DNA of 34,187 bases from positions 1,054,001-1,088,187 of the forward strand of contig BROI01000009.1 in the NCBI GenBank assembly GCA_027923505.1, read 5' to 3'. Shown here one piece after another: positions 16,759-27,651 of the stretch. The stretch comes from Mayamaea pseudoterrestris. Its lineage: Eukaryota. The first letter of the stretch is position 1, and every line of letters starts with the position of its first letter. A model generated the notes under the pieces. That model was not told where the DNA came from and did not search any database. It worked only from the letters and a program-made list of their open reading frames with translations. The position numbers and the translations under genes are program-made.

Positions 16759-18197
16759 ATTGCGCCGTCGTTTGATCATCATATACACCACAATGGAGGT
16801 TGATCCCGCAGCCCAAATGTAACAGAAACAACTTGTATCAATAAAGAAGATATGTTTGGAGCTTATTGCGCGTTTGGGTGCTCTATAAAGCCTTGAAAGG
16901 CAAAAGATCCACCTTGACACCAAACACCGCGATGCACCACGCACTGTCGAGCGCGTCGACGACAAGTCATGTTTCTACAGCATAGCACCTTCGGTTGCAC
17001 CTTGTTGGCCTCCAAGGGCTACATAGTTGACGAAAATGTGTGCAAGGATAGCGCAATTGCGTGCATTTTGCGTTGTTCCAGTGAGGCCTGCACGGAACGG
17101 TCGGCAGTCGGCTCGGTCTACATGCTCACATTCCATCAGATTTCCTTCTTCCAAGCAGGGCAGAAGCAAGTCAAAGGTTCCTACCAGCTAGTTGTCCTTC
17201 TTTCCGCTGACGAGAACAAGCAAGACTGGTCAGATTCAGTGTGAGCCGCTTCAATACGCATGCCTTTCAATGATTCGTCATCCATCATTCATGCATTCCG
17301 TCGCATTGAACTCTGTATTGGAGGCAAGACTCTCATTTGATATGCATTGTATGTTTGGTCAAGCGCTTTATTGAAAGCATTGATGGTTTTGTCCCGACAA
17401 CGCTGGTCAAAAGGTGAAAGGATCTCAAGTTTTAGCGGCAAGTAATCGTTTTGCCGACGTTGACAGCCCCTTTAAAATGAGTCAATGCAACTAGCTACTT
17501 CTGTAGATAATAGTAAATGTACTGTACTTTACATCTGTTACTATTTACTAGTATGTAAACAATATCATATGGCCAGTACCAACAACGAAACCCCAACAAA
17601 ACGCGTTCCTCTTGCATCAACTTGTATGGCGCGCGCCACGGGAACAAGAAAGAATGAAAGCATGGCTCTTTTACTATGCAATACCGAACACTATAGAGAA
17701 GCCACCTGGCGAAAAGAACGATAATAGCTCTATTAGAAAGCAAAATATGCACAGGTTTGTGCGGGATCATTCCGTGTCGTTTTGATCGTGGGTTTTCAGT
17801 CCCAAAAATTGATAGGCTTTATTGTTGATGACGTGTAATGACGTTTTGGTTTGAACCAATCAAACAACGAAACGACCGCTAACTCCGCAGCGCGCTTTGT
17901 TTCAAACGATGAAACGATGAAACGCGCAAAACGACGAAACACCGTCCGCTAACATCGCGTCTGACTCTCGTTACATAATGTTGCGACGGCCATTGTATCC
18001 TGCATTTACAGTTAATCAGTTGTTTCGAGCTTCAATCTTATCTCACTGACAGCCTCATTGACTTTGATCTCCGAGGCTTGCTCCACTGCTGCGCTGACTT
18101 GAGTAATAGCGAGCTGGATCACACAAACCGACGAAACAGACATCTTTCATAGTCAACGGCTACTTTCGCCGGCGAAAGACTTGTTTCGCCGCTCTAC

Positions 18198-19375
18198 ATG
18201 AACCGCGACGACTGTGGTACTGATAGCGTGCCATCCATCCATAGACAAGCTGTTTCAAAAATGGATTCAAAGTCTGATAACGAACATGATTTGCGCTCTC
18301 CAAGTTCCATTTGCATTCAACGCAAACTGTCGGCTGCCGTCACAACGAATGACGACGTCGAACATCAATATCTGGAGGGACGACCAAAGATTGTTGTACA
18401 ACAAAAAAGCAATAAACTCAAGCTGGCTGGGTTGACGAGACCTGGCTCTCTTTTTAAGCGTGCTAGTACAGTGCCCATGGACCAAGACCAGGAGCGGCAT
18501 TTTCACCTTCATGGTGTTCATGACTTTTGCAGAATTCCGGCGCCGCTGAATTTGGAGTATTGGTCGGAACCAACTGCCGAGACGTTCAAAGTAAGTACCG
18601 AGGGATTGACAAGTATGACAAGAGACGGATTGAAACGGAACTGTCGGGCTGACGTGTGTTTGCTTTGCTAATACTTTAGGTGAGATCAAAGCTTTACTTG
18701 AATACTCGATTGAAAGCTCCTTCCGATGCCTCGGTGTTCCAGTTTCTTGCTTGCGACTTGGTACAAGTCGATTCTCCCATTTTGACTGGACTTTGCGCTC
18801 ACCCTCAAGAGCGTGTTCAGCAAGCCCTAAGACGCCAAGGACAAACTGGTCTGAAGGAGCTTCCAGAATTTATATTTGCCGTCAATTACTGTCTTCCTGC
18901 TGGGGCTGCAGCCGGTGGATTCACTCATTGGGTCGCCTATTTTGGCACTGACAATGTTGCGCAGCTCAATGACGAATCGACACCGCTTGGACGTGTCTGC
19001 AAGCCATTTTTCTTTGGAGATTCGGACCAGTTCCGGCGAGAGCGATTCAAGCTCATTCCGCACGTTGTGCAAGGCAACATTATTATTCGAAAAGCCGTGG
19101 GAAGTAAACCTTCCATTCTTGGCCGAAAGTTGAAGCAGTACTACGTCCGCAATCCTAGATTTTTTGAAGTCATTGTTGATATTGCTTCCGACCCTGTGGC
19201 GGAGCGCATTGTCAAACTAGCTCTTGGTGGTGCTCGGCATTTGGTGGTGGACATGATGTTCCTTCTTGAAGGCACTTGTGCCGAGGAGCTACCAGAACGA
19301 ATTCTAGGAGCCACTCGAATTCAACACCTAGACTTGAAAACAAGCTCGCTGCAGAGGTTTGTGACAAACGTTTAG
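18198..19375 (+). CDS. EDR2 C-terminal domain (DUF1336) protein; exons 18198-18590, 18680-19375 (~362 aa)
   Basis: WSEP...FK|VRSKLYL...K joined across a GTAAGT...TTTAG intron. Family-type motifs RERFKLIPHVVQGNIIIRKAVGSKPSILG, FEVIVDI, LVVDMMFLLEG...EELPERILG. Confidence 0.85.
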
Positions 19376-19862
19376 CGTCAGTCTCAGGCGGTTATGCAAG
19401 GTGTTGGTTTGTGTTGTATGTGTCAGGTTGAAATTGTGCAAGTCATAAGAAGTAGTAGCAAAAAGTGTTTCCTTTACAGACATCCTCGGTGCTGCTCCAA
19501 CTATGGGCTCATTTGACAGTCCGGCAGAAGTACAATACATATTTAGGGTGTGATAGTATTACTATCGCTCATCTGGCGACCAAGTTAAGACACAGACCCT
19601 ACCCTCCATCTGCTTGTTATCTAGAACAGGCTCCAAGTGTAAAGAAGGTGCGCATTAGCTAGAAGTATCTAGTGGAATGCCAGATCTGCAATCGTCGAGT
19701 GGCAGTGTCGCGCTTTGCTCAGCATTGAGATAAATGCATGGGTTCGGGGACGGTCCGTGGATTTGGCTCAACGAGAGGGACAAATGGCAATAGATAAGTG
19801 ATCCAACAATGTATAATATGAATTATAAGTTAATCTCATTACAATGTACCGATCGTTTGGTA

Positions 19863-21611
19863 CTATCCCTTTGTATCCAGTAGCGGCTTCAAGTAGTCCT
19901 TTGGACAAGGTTCATTTCTCATTGAGTATGCTGGTGACGACCCTAGCACGTTCTCTCCAAAAATTGATCGCAGTTTGCTAAAACTAACATGTTTCAATGC
20001 CTGCAACGTTTGCATCTCCCCAAGTCGCAAATGTGCAGCCATCCATTGCGCTGTCCCGGGCTCAAGCTCTCGGATGAGTTGCTTCTCCAGCTCAATCGTC
20101 GTCGCAAATCGTTCCATACCCGTTGAGGCCATGCGCGACATACAGAATAAAGTTCGAAACTCGAGGGCATTGTGCGTATTCGGTAATACATAGTCCATAT
20201 CCAGCATATGATGTTCCAAGAGACTCGTCGCGTCACCCTCATAGTCTTCGTGTGTGAGCGAAAGCACTCGACATGTTGAAAATACTGCCGTCGCGTTGAA
20301 CTGCACTTGACTAGGGTCCAATTCGGGAATACCGTGCTGCCTTTCCTTGCTCCGTGGCGACATGGTGACGATCCAATGTTTCGGTGAGTGCGCGCGCTGC
20401 AGCAGAAACTGGTACTTGAGTTGCTTTAGCCGCCAAGCATCGTACATGTATGAATCCTGCTCAGCGTCGTCAGTTCGTGTCACACATGCAGGGTATCCAT
20501 CATCGTATTGCAAATACCGAAGAATGGCCAAGCGATATTGTTCCTGTAATGAACCGCTAATTGTCATTTGAGTCGAGTCCTGGAGCTGCACCGGATGCCA
20601 CAAGTTGATGCCAGCCTGCGTCAAGTCAGTGCCATCGCCATTGACGAAACCGTAGCGTGCAAACAGGTTTTGATCGGAACGCTTGCCGTAACTATCATGT
20701 AATTCGCCACGAAAGTTCACCAGCGCCGTCACCACAAAATCGCCATTGGTTTGCGTTGTGAATCCCACGTTTGGCGGTGACTGATGATTCAGCGAATCCA
20801 AAATGGGAACCATGGCATATGACCCGTTTGCTTTTCTTGATGATGACGTACCAAATGCACGAGTCAATACGGATAATCGAGCGGCATAGTAGTCTTTTCT
20901 GTCGACATGGTCAACCAGTTTGCTGTATTCGTCATGGAACTGACGCTGCATAGCCTTGACGTATGCGTAGGAAAGCGACGACCGCCGGAGCAACTCGGCT
21001 AGCATATTGTCGTCCCAGAGTATGGGATGATAGCTGTCAAAGTGCTCATATGCGGGAAGCTGATGCAGCAAGTAGTGCAGCAGTACAGGATTTTCAACGA
21101 AACTGCTTTCGTAAAAGGAGCTATTTTCGCGAAGTCGTTTTTGCCAATGAGCAATATACAAGGCAAGGATTGTGGCGCCATCCAAAGAATCCTCCATACT
21201 GGCAATAATATGCTTTATGTCATCATCTTGACGAGCATCTTCCTCCCATATTTGCAGTCTTCGAGGCAGTTTTAGTACAATAGTACCCTTTCGAACTAAT
21301 TGTTTCGTTTCGATTGACGTTCCTGATGTCAATACTTCAACGGCTCGCATGCTTCCTAGACATGATGTGTCTGGCTGTTTACAAACAAGGTCAATGAATG
21401 ATTGCTGCTGTTGTTTGAGTATCATATGCGGTCTCATGTAGTTATAGAGCCAAGCTGTCATCATTGCAAGAAAGAGGATGGCAGACGCTTCCATCGTCAT
21501 GGGATGAAGCATGTTGTGGCCGTTGTTCCGCTGTTCCGTCTTTGTATCTATTTGTCTTTTGTCTGAAGATTTGACATCCCCGACTTGGCGTTTACGACTT
21601 TTAACTGGCAT
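19863..21611 (-). CDS. SET-domain protein methyltransferase (Rubisco LSMT/SETD3-like) with an N-terminal hydrophobic segment, 582 aa
   Basis: AMVPILDSLNH and DSYGKRSDQNLFARYGF are hallmark motifs of LSMT/SETD3-class SET domains. Single long ORF. Confidence 0.85.
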   Translation of the reverse strand: MPVKSRKRQVGDVKSSDKRQIDTKTEQRNNGHNMLHPMTMEASAILFLAMMTAWLYNYMRPHMILKQQQQSFIDLVCKQPDTSCLGSMRAVEVLTSGTSIETKQLVRKGTIVLKLPRRLQIWEEDARQDDDIKHIIASMEDSLDGATILALYIAHWQKRLRENSSFYESSFVENPVLLHYLLHQLPAYEHFDSYHPILWDDNMLAELLRRSSLSYAYVKAMQRQFHDEYSKLVDHVDRKDYYAARLSVLTRAFGTSSSRKANGSYAMVPILDSLNHQSPPNVGFTTQTNGDFVVTALVNFRGELHDSYGKRSDQNLFARYGFVNGDGTDLTQAGINLWHPVQLQDSTQMTISGSLQEQYRLAILRYLQYDDGYPACVTRTDDAEQDSYMYDAWRLKQLKYQFLLQRAHSPKHWIVTMSPRSKERQHGIPELDPSQVQFNATAVFSTCRVLSLTHEDYEGDATSLLEHHMLDMDYVLPNTHNALEFRTLFCMSRMASTGMERFATTIELEKQLIRELEPGTAQWMAAHLRLGEMQTLQALKHVSFSKLRSIFGENVLGSSPAYSMRNEPCPKDYLKPLLDTKG

Positions 21612-21930
21612 GGTAGTACGCTATGAACCAAGAAAGGAGACGACCACACGAGTTTGCTGCATTGTCCTTGATGGTCGTCGCCGCTCATTCAGCAACGTCG
21701 TAGCGGTTATCGTCGTGCACATCATCTTCTGGTCTTATTTGTGAAGCTCGCGCAGCATTTACCGGTGTCCCTACCTTCTTCCATACAGTGTAAAGTAGAA
21801 ATTATTATATGTAAAGAACTAGTTACTTAATGGTCAGCTTAGTCGAATTCAAAAGTACATGACAATCATGATCAACCGCCAGTGATCCAAGCATGCTTAC
21901 GCAGTATGCAATCAATGCAACTTTAGTCTC

Positions 21931-23028
21931 CTACATGAACCCACGCCGACTGCGAAACGAATCATGCTTGGATGTTCGTGACTGCTGCGCCAAGGCCGCC
22001 GCATCCGCTTCCTGCACGACTCGAAACTTGTCCACGTATGACTGGCAGGCATCCACCGCGTGACATAGGGCCGCCAAATGTTCCACCGAACAATTCCACG
22101 TTGCTGTTGCAGTTGCCGCTGTAGTAGTGATGGCATCACAATCTCCTTGACGCGAAGACTGCGCCAATGGACCCATATGCAGCAACACCGACTGTATTTT
22201 GCGAAGCAACGAAAAGGGAAAAACTGCTGTAGTGGCATTCTCAGCATGCTCCGTCTGCACCTTGATCAAAAACGCTTCCAACAAAGAGACTCGTTCCTGA
22301 ATGGCTTGCAGCGAGTGCGACAGCTCCGTAGCATGATGCTGAAAGCGACGGTCGGGTGGTTGCAAGACTGCCAACGTTCCAGCAGCACCTGCAACTTGCT
22401 GCTGCGGCTGGTCGCGCATGACGCGCTCCACGGCGATGCGCTCCGCGTCGGCCGTGTCCAGGTGCCAATGCTCGCAGGCTTGCAGCACGTGATTGTTGCA
22501 TAGTTGGTAGAGCGTAAACGGCAAGTCGTCATCGTCCTTGGTGTTTTCCTCGTGTGGAGCTACTGATTCGTTCATTGCTGCCGCCTTCTTCTTATCTGTA
22601 TTTGCAGCTGCTGCTTCCAAGACGCAGTAGACAAACTGACATGCCTGGTAATGTTGCTGCAGCTTGATGGTCAACTCCAAGTCCGTCTTGGTTGGTTCCG
22701 CGTTGCTATTGACAACGCGATACCATCCCACCACCTGCAAGTCTGGATAAACGGCTTGGTGCAGCGAGACTTGCGTCTTGGCTGTTTCCGAAGCGTCGGT
22801 AGGAATATCGTCAGCGTCATTGATTTGTAAACAATATTGATTGTCGTTGCCTAGTCTTCCAAACAGTAGTCCAACGACTGGATCCGACCGAGCCAGCGGA
22901 GAACCACCGAGGGAAATGCGCGTGTACTGGTCGCTCATGTTCACAATGGCGAGCGGATGAATGGAAATGTTCATCGCGTCATCAAACGTAGCAGGAGGAT
23001 CGATTTCCATGCTAGTAAAAGTAGTCAT
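21931..23028 (-). CDS. CSN6: COP9 signalosome subunit 6 (inactive MPN domain); an alternative upstream ATG lies at 23106
   Basis: SIHPLAIVNMSDQYTR, VVGLLFG, QVVGWY and ADAERIAVERV match CSN6 family motifs. No JAMM metal motif. Confidence 0.8.
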   Translation of the reverse strand: MTTFTSMEIDPPATFDDAMNISIHPLAIVNMSDQYTRISLGGSPLARSDPVVGLLFGRLGNDNQYCLQINDADDIPTDASETAKTQVSLHQAVYPDLQVVGWYRVVNSNAEPTKTDLELTIKLQQHYQACQFVYCVLEAAAANTDKKKAAAMNESVAPHEENTKDDDDLPFTLYQLCNNHVLQACEHWHLDTADAERIAVERVMRDQPQQQVAGAAGTLAVLQPPDRRFQHHATELSHSLQAIQERVSLLEAFLIKVQTEHAENATTAVFPFSLLRKIQSVLLHMGPLAQSSRQGDCDAITTTAATATATWNCSVEHLAALCHAVDACQSYVDKFRVVQEADAAALAQQSRTSKHDSFRSRRGFM

Positions 23029-23443
23029 GCTTACATGCAAGGACGGACAGGGAGAGAATAGAGGAAAGAAGTGAAAAGGATCCTTCGTTTGCTTCTTGTG
23101 CTCCATGCGATGGTGGCGCGGCGCGGCGTTCGTGAAAAGAAAAGCATGATAACCGCTACGACACAGTCGCGGAAGCTATTCATGCAACAAGTCATCCATG
23201 CGCTTCGTCACAATGGCGGTCCTCCGCGCGACGCAAACGCTTGGACAATTTCGGCGAGCACACTACAGCAGCTAGTTGCTTAAAGAGACCTCTACGAGTC
23301 TCACGGTGCAGTCGAACAAGCGGCAAAGCAGTGAAAACGTGACAACACCAGCTACAGTTAATTTTTGGAACGAGCTATCAACAGCTTTCTTTGACGAAAC
23401 CCTTCACATTTCAACACTCTTACACTCTCATATATATCGCAAC

Positions 23444-24703
23444 ATGGGACGATCCAACGTTTGTGGAATTGGAACATCCTTTGACGCAAAACACTGGCTG
23501 TCGCTGGATCCATGCGGCTTTTTCGGAATATCACTCAGTTGGGGCGTTCACCTTTACGCCCTCGTCACAATCTTTTTGTTGCTGCTCAGCAACTCCAACG
23601 TGTCACTCGTGTTGTTTGCCTTTGGATACATGCCGTGCAGTATACTGGCCATGACTTCGCTATACATGGCGTCAACGACGAATCCAGGAGCCGTTCCCAT
23701 GGGTGCGCGACCGCTCGTCACGGTGCGGCCGTCACAGTCAGCAGCATCCAATGGCAGCTCGAACGCTTCGTCACGCCACCGACCAACGCGCCGCTGCCAC
23801 AAGTGCCACGACAATTTCAAGCCGGCAAGAGCGCACCACGACAGTGTCACGGGACGATGCATCGTCAAGTTTGATCACTACTGTCCCTGGGTCAACAATA
23901 GCATTGGAGCGCTCAATCACAAGTTCTTTTGTCTGTTTTTATTTTATACAGCCGTTTGCTGCTTGATGAGTCTTTTTCTGCTGGCAGTGCGAGCGTATCA
24001 GTGTAGTAATTTAGTGCCGGAAAATGCGGAACAAGTGGCATCGCATGGTGCCGCCATCTCTATGTCGCAAGCCGAACGCGTCACACCCGACGAGCGTCGT
24101 TGGCTGGCAACCTTGGGACCACCAAACCATTTGCTATACGCCGAGTGCAGCGACTTTTACGACAATTACTATATTTGGGCACTGGCCGGATCCAGTATCT
24201 TGTTCTTTCTGTTTACGAGTGTCATGAGCTGCGAGCAGCTGGACGCGATTGCCACGGGACGGAGCAAGATTGCTCGCATGAAGGTGGGTGTCGGACAAGG
24301 GGGTACCGAGTATGTTTGCGTCAGTGAGGAATTCAACGAAATGTTTGGAGGCGACTAGCCCAAGCCAAGTTGGCACTGGTATCTGCCAATGCAAGTGGTC
24401 TTTCCGCGGGGCATGAAAAAGGTGGTTTTGGGTTATGACTGGGATGAAACGTTTGATGCTGTTCCGTATCGAGACGCTGATGATGATGAGGAGGAGGATG
24501 AAAGCAGCAGTCAGCAGCTTGACGGTGATAATGATGAGGAAAGCGGTCTGCAAATGACGGCTGCCTTGTCGTTGCCGCAGCAACCAAGGAGAAAAAGCAT
24601 GGGATCAAGGGAGGCATCAACAGGCTCGGTGCATAGCTTGTCGGCTGATGGACTGAATCGAAGAAGGCATGACTCTGGAGACAGTCGCCTGCAGATTGTT
24701 TGA
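23444..24703 (+). CDS. DHHC-family protein S-acyltransferase (DHYC variant) with an internal in-frame TAG at 24356-24358 (truncated allele, readthrough or sequence error)
   Basis: LDPCG, TM helices, TNPGAVP, CHKC...KPARAHHDSVTGRCIVKFDHYCPWVNNSIGALNHKFF. The same frame continues after the TAG as PKPSWHWYLPMQVVFP... to TGA at 24701-24703. Confidence 0.88.
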
Positions 24704-24863
24704 GCGCGAACGATCCATTTTTGTGTGTAGTGAGTGTGGCAATGACTACAAAGAAACTAAATGTACAAGAGGTTAAGAGTAAAATATCCTTAGATTGACG
24801 AATAGCTAGGCTATTAGGTGACCTTCCCCGTCGACGAGCAAGAAAAACATGACGAGCCTGCAC

Positions 24864-27048
24864 CTAGGGCTCAACGGCAGTAGCCTGGTTGGTCGGACTT
24901 TGCGCAACGGCAATGGTCGATTCCGTCTCTTCCTCGTTCATGTCCACGTCATCTTCCGCAACATTGTCAATAATCTTGGGGCGACTGTGGGCGCTGCGGC
25001 TGAGGGACGCATCCTTGTCGCGCTTGGGGTAAGCCAAGGCGTACAAGAGATCCAAGTGCTTGGACGACTGCTGCGACAACTGTCCAGGAGTTGGAAGCGA
25101 GCGCATGACTTCGTCGCGCGTGCGACGAGTCACCGTCCTGGTGACCATTCCCGTTGCGCCGTCCGTTACGCAAACGTCACCCTCGGTGCTTCCAATCGAG
25201 CGGTCATCAGCTTCATCCTCCTCGTCCTGCTGAGACCCTGCGGCTCCCGAGCGACGAACGGCCCGAAGCAAACGGCGGTTCCACTTGTTGACAACTTTCA
25301 TCGAAATCATGGAACGGCCAAGGCGAAACTGAACCGGCTGTGAAGCCGTCAGCATTAATGGTCGTCGGAGATACAAGTAGGAGCCATTGGATGACCCGGC
25401 ATCCGTAAAGATAAACTCCCCATTCTTGAACTTGATCGACGCATGACGCGCCGAGACGGTGCGATAATCAAGCACCATGTCCGAACCAGACGAACGACCA
25501 AGTAAAAGCGGCCTCGTCGAGTTGCGGCCGTCCGGCTTGAGCAAGGTGCTAAATGACAGCTGGAAGCGCGTGTTGAAGAGACGCTGTGCCATTTCATGCT
25601 TCGTTGCGACGAGGAGCGACACATAGGGCGGCTCTAACGATGACTTGAACAGCTTGACCTGACGCCCGTCGCTCAATTTAAAGTCCGACTTGAACGTGCT
25701 CTTGCAGACCGAGCACGTCGCGTCAACCGACGAAAGAAAGCAAATCTGATTGTCCGCTTCCGCAGTGTGCCACTTGCGAAGACACTCCACGTGAACGTAT
25801 TTGGTATCACCGCTGCACTTGCATGGGGCTGCGAAAATTGATAAAATGTACAAGTCATGGTTAGCCACGTGTTGCGACTGGAAAGGCAATGACAAGGCAT
25901 CTCATACTTACTAATCATGGGATTTGTCTCCGAATCTTCCTCGTCAAAACACATGTAGCAAACCGGATTGTCGCCCTCATGATGCAAATGCGCCGTCGGC
26001 GGTGACTTCTCCTTGCGCTCGCGGTGACCCCCCTCATCCTCCATGGAATCATCCGAGTTTTCTCCGTCAGTTTCCTGCAGATCCAAAAAGCCGCCATTGG
26101 AGTTGGTCGTATCCTTCATAATCTTTTGAATCTTTTCCTCCGACAAGACATGATTCTCGACTCCATCATGCGTCTCAATGACGACAACGCCAACGCTTCC
26201 AACCCGCAAAAAGTCTCCAACTTGCAGAGTATGCGTCGCCGGCGGATGCTTGCGATCCCCCAGCAACCGGCATGTTCCCGAGTGACGACTAAAGGCTTCG
26301 GGCGCTGGAACCACCCAAAAGTTTTTGGTATGCGTCGTCACCAAGAGCTGGCAGGCTCGCGTGTCGCTCAGTTCGTAGCGCTGCACCTTGCGGCCAATGT
26401 GCATGGCATACTCGGCGCCAAGGTCGACCGATGGAGCGCGGTTGCGTCCACTGCCCTGAATGAGGCAACCTTCCGGTTTGATGGTAAAGCCAGTGTACTT
26501 CTTCTTGCCGTTCTGACTATTGTTGCAAGGGTAAACCCGGACTTCGACCTGTAGAATTTCATGTGATCGTTAGTAAGTGTCACTGGAGAATTAAAAATGC
26601 GCGCATACCAAAGCCACTCGTTATGCATACATACCTGCGTATCCAGTCTCGAATTGATTTCCGACGCTGGATTAATGCAGCGCACCGGCGACGGATGGTC
26701 GCGCTGCTGCGGCGGACGTCCTCGGGGCGACTCCTTGCCAGCAGCAGCCGCCGCCTCCTCTTCCAGCGAAAGGTCGGCCAAGTCGCGGCTCAAACCATGA
26801 TGGTCGACATTGCCGTCATACTCTCTCGTTCTCGCGGCAGATTCGGCATTGCTCATGCTTGCATCAATGGCTGGAAATTCGTCCTCTTGGACATTGAAAC
26901 CATGCTCCGCAACGTCGCCTTGGGCTAAATGGCCCTCCTCCTCCTCCACTTCCATCTCGTCTGGCATTTGCTCGCTCATTGGCGCAACAGGCGCAGGAAT
27001 CGCTGGCGACTGCGAATCGCTGACATTGGGACTGTTCGACTCCGTCAT
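24864..27048 (-). CDS. RING-CH (C4HC3) zinc finger plus FHA domain protein; exons 27048-26635, 26548-25912, 25828-24864 (~671 aa)
   Basis: CYMCFD...NPMI-T-PCKCSGDTKYVHVECLRKW...CSVCK reconstituted across a GTAAGT...CGCAG intron. FHA motifs LGRSS...VSARHA...DAGSSNGSY. The first intron CAG|GTATGT...CTACAG keeps the frame. Confidence 0.88.
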
Positions 27049-27651
27049 GATGCTGCTGCAATGGGCGTATTCGTATAATATTGGTGAGAAATGTTCAGTC
27101 CAGCTAAAAATTGGCGCGATTCAGACTTTCCGGCAAACCAGCGGCTGCCAATGCACTCGAAATTTTTCATGTGCAAGCCAATGGACTCTTTCTTCCAATG
27201 AACAATGACATACCTCCAAAAATCAGTGTATTCGTATGAGATATATATTATAGCAAGAGATGATGAACTGTGTCAACTTTTGAAACAGACGGCAGCGGCT
27301 CCAACGCCGGGGATGACTGGCGGTTGCCTTGGAGTCGCAACGATCGCTCTCACGTTGGGAAAGACCGCTGGGAGGATTATATACTTAGAGGTACCTGTTG
27401 TTCGCGTAGTGTTGCTACTGTACGAGGCGCGTCACTGGATGCGGGGTTACATGATGACGTCGACAAAGCCGAAACGGCTTCGTTTCTCTCGCGTTTTCAC
27501 AAGGACGAATGACGACTCCACCTTCCGCGCGTGCGTCCATCCGCTCGACTCGACTCGCTCATCCGTGCTGATGCATTGAGTCGTCAACGAAACAGAGCGA
27601 GCGGGACCACAAAGTCTAGCACGAAAGCGGAGGAGAGAGTTAGCTGACAGC

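Noticed and set aside
24389..24703. Separate 104-aa gene
   Set aside because: It is in frame with the DHHC ORF and continues the sequence that completes its C-terminal motif, so it is treated as the same gene.
27205..27579. 124-aa ORF between the RING-CH/FHA gene and ArgRS
   Set aside because: No motifs; it lies in a divergent promoter region.
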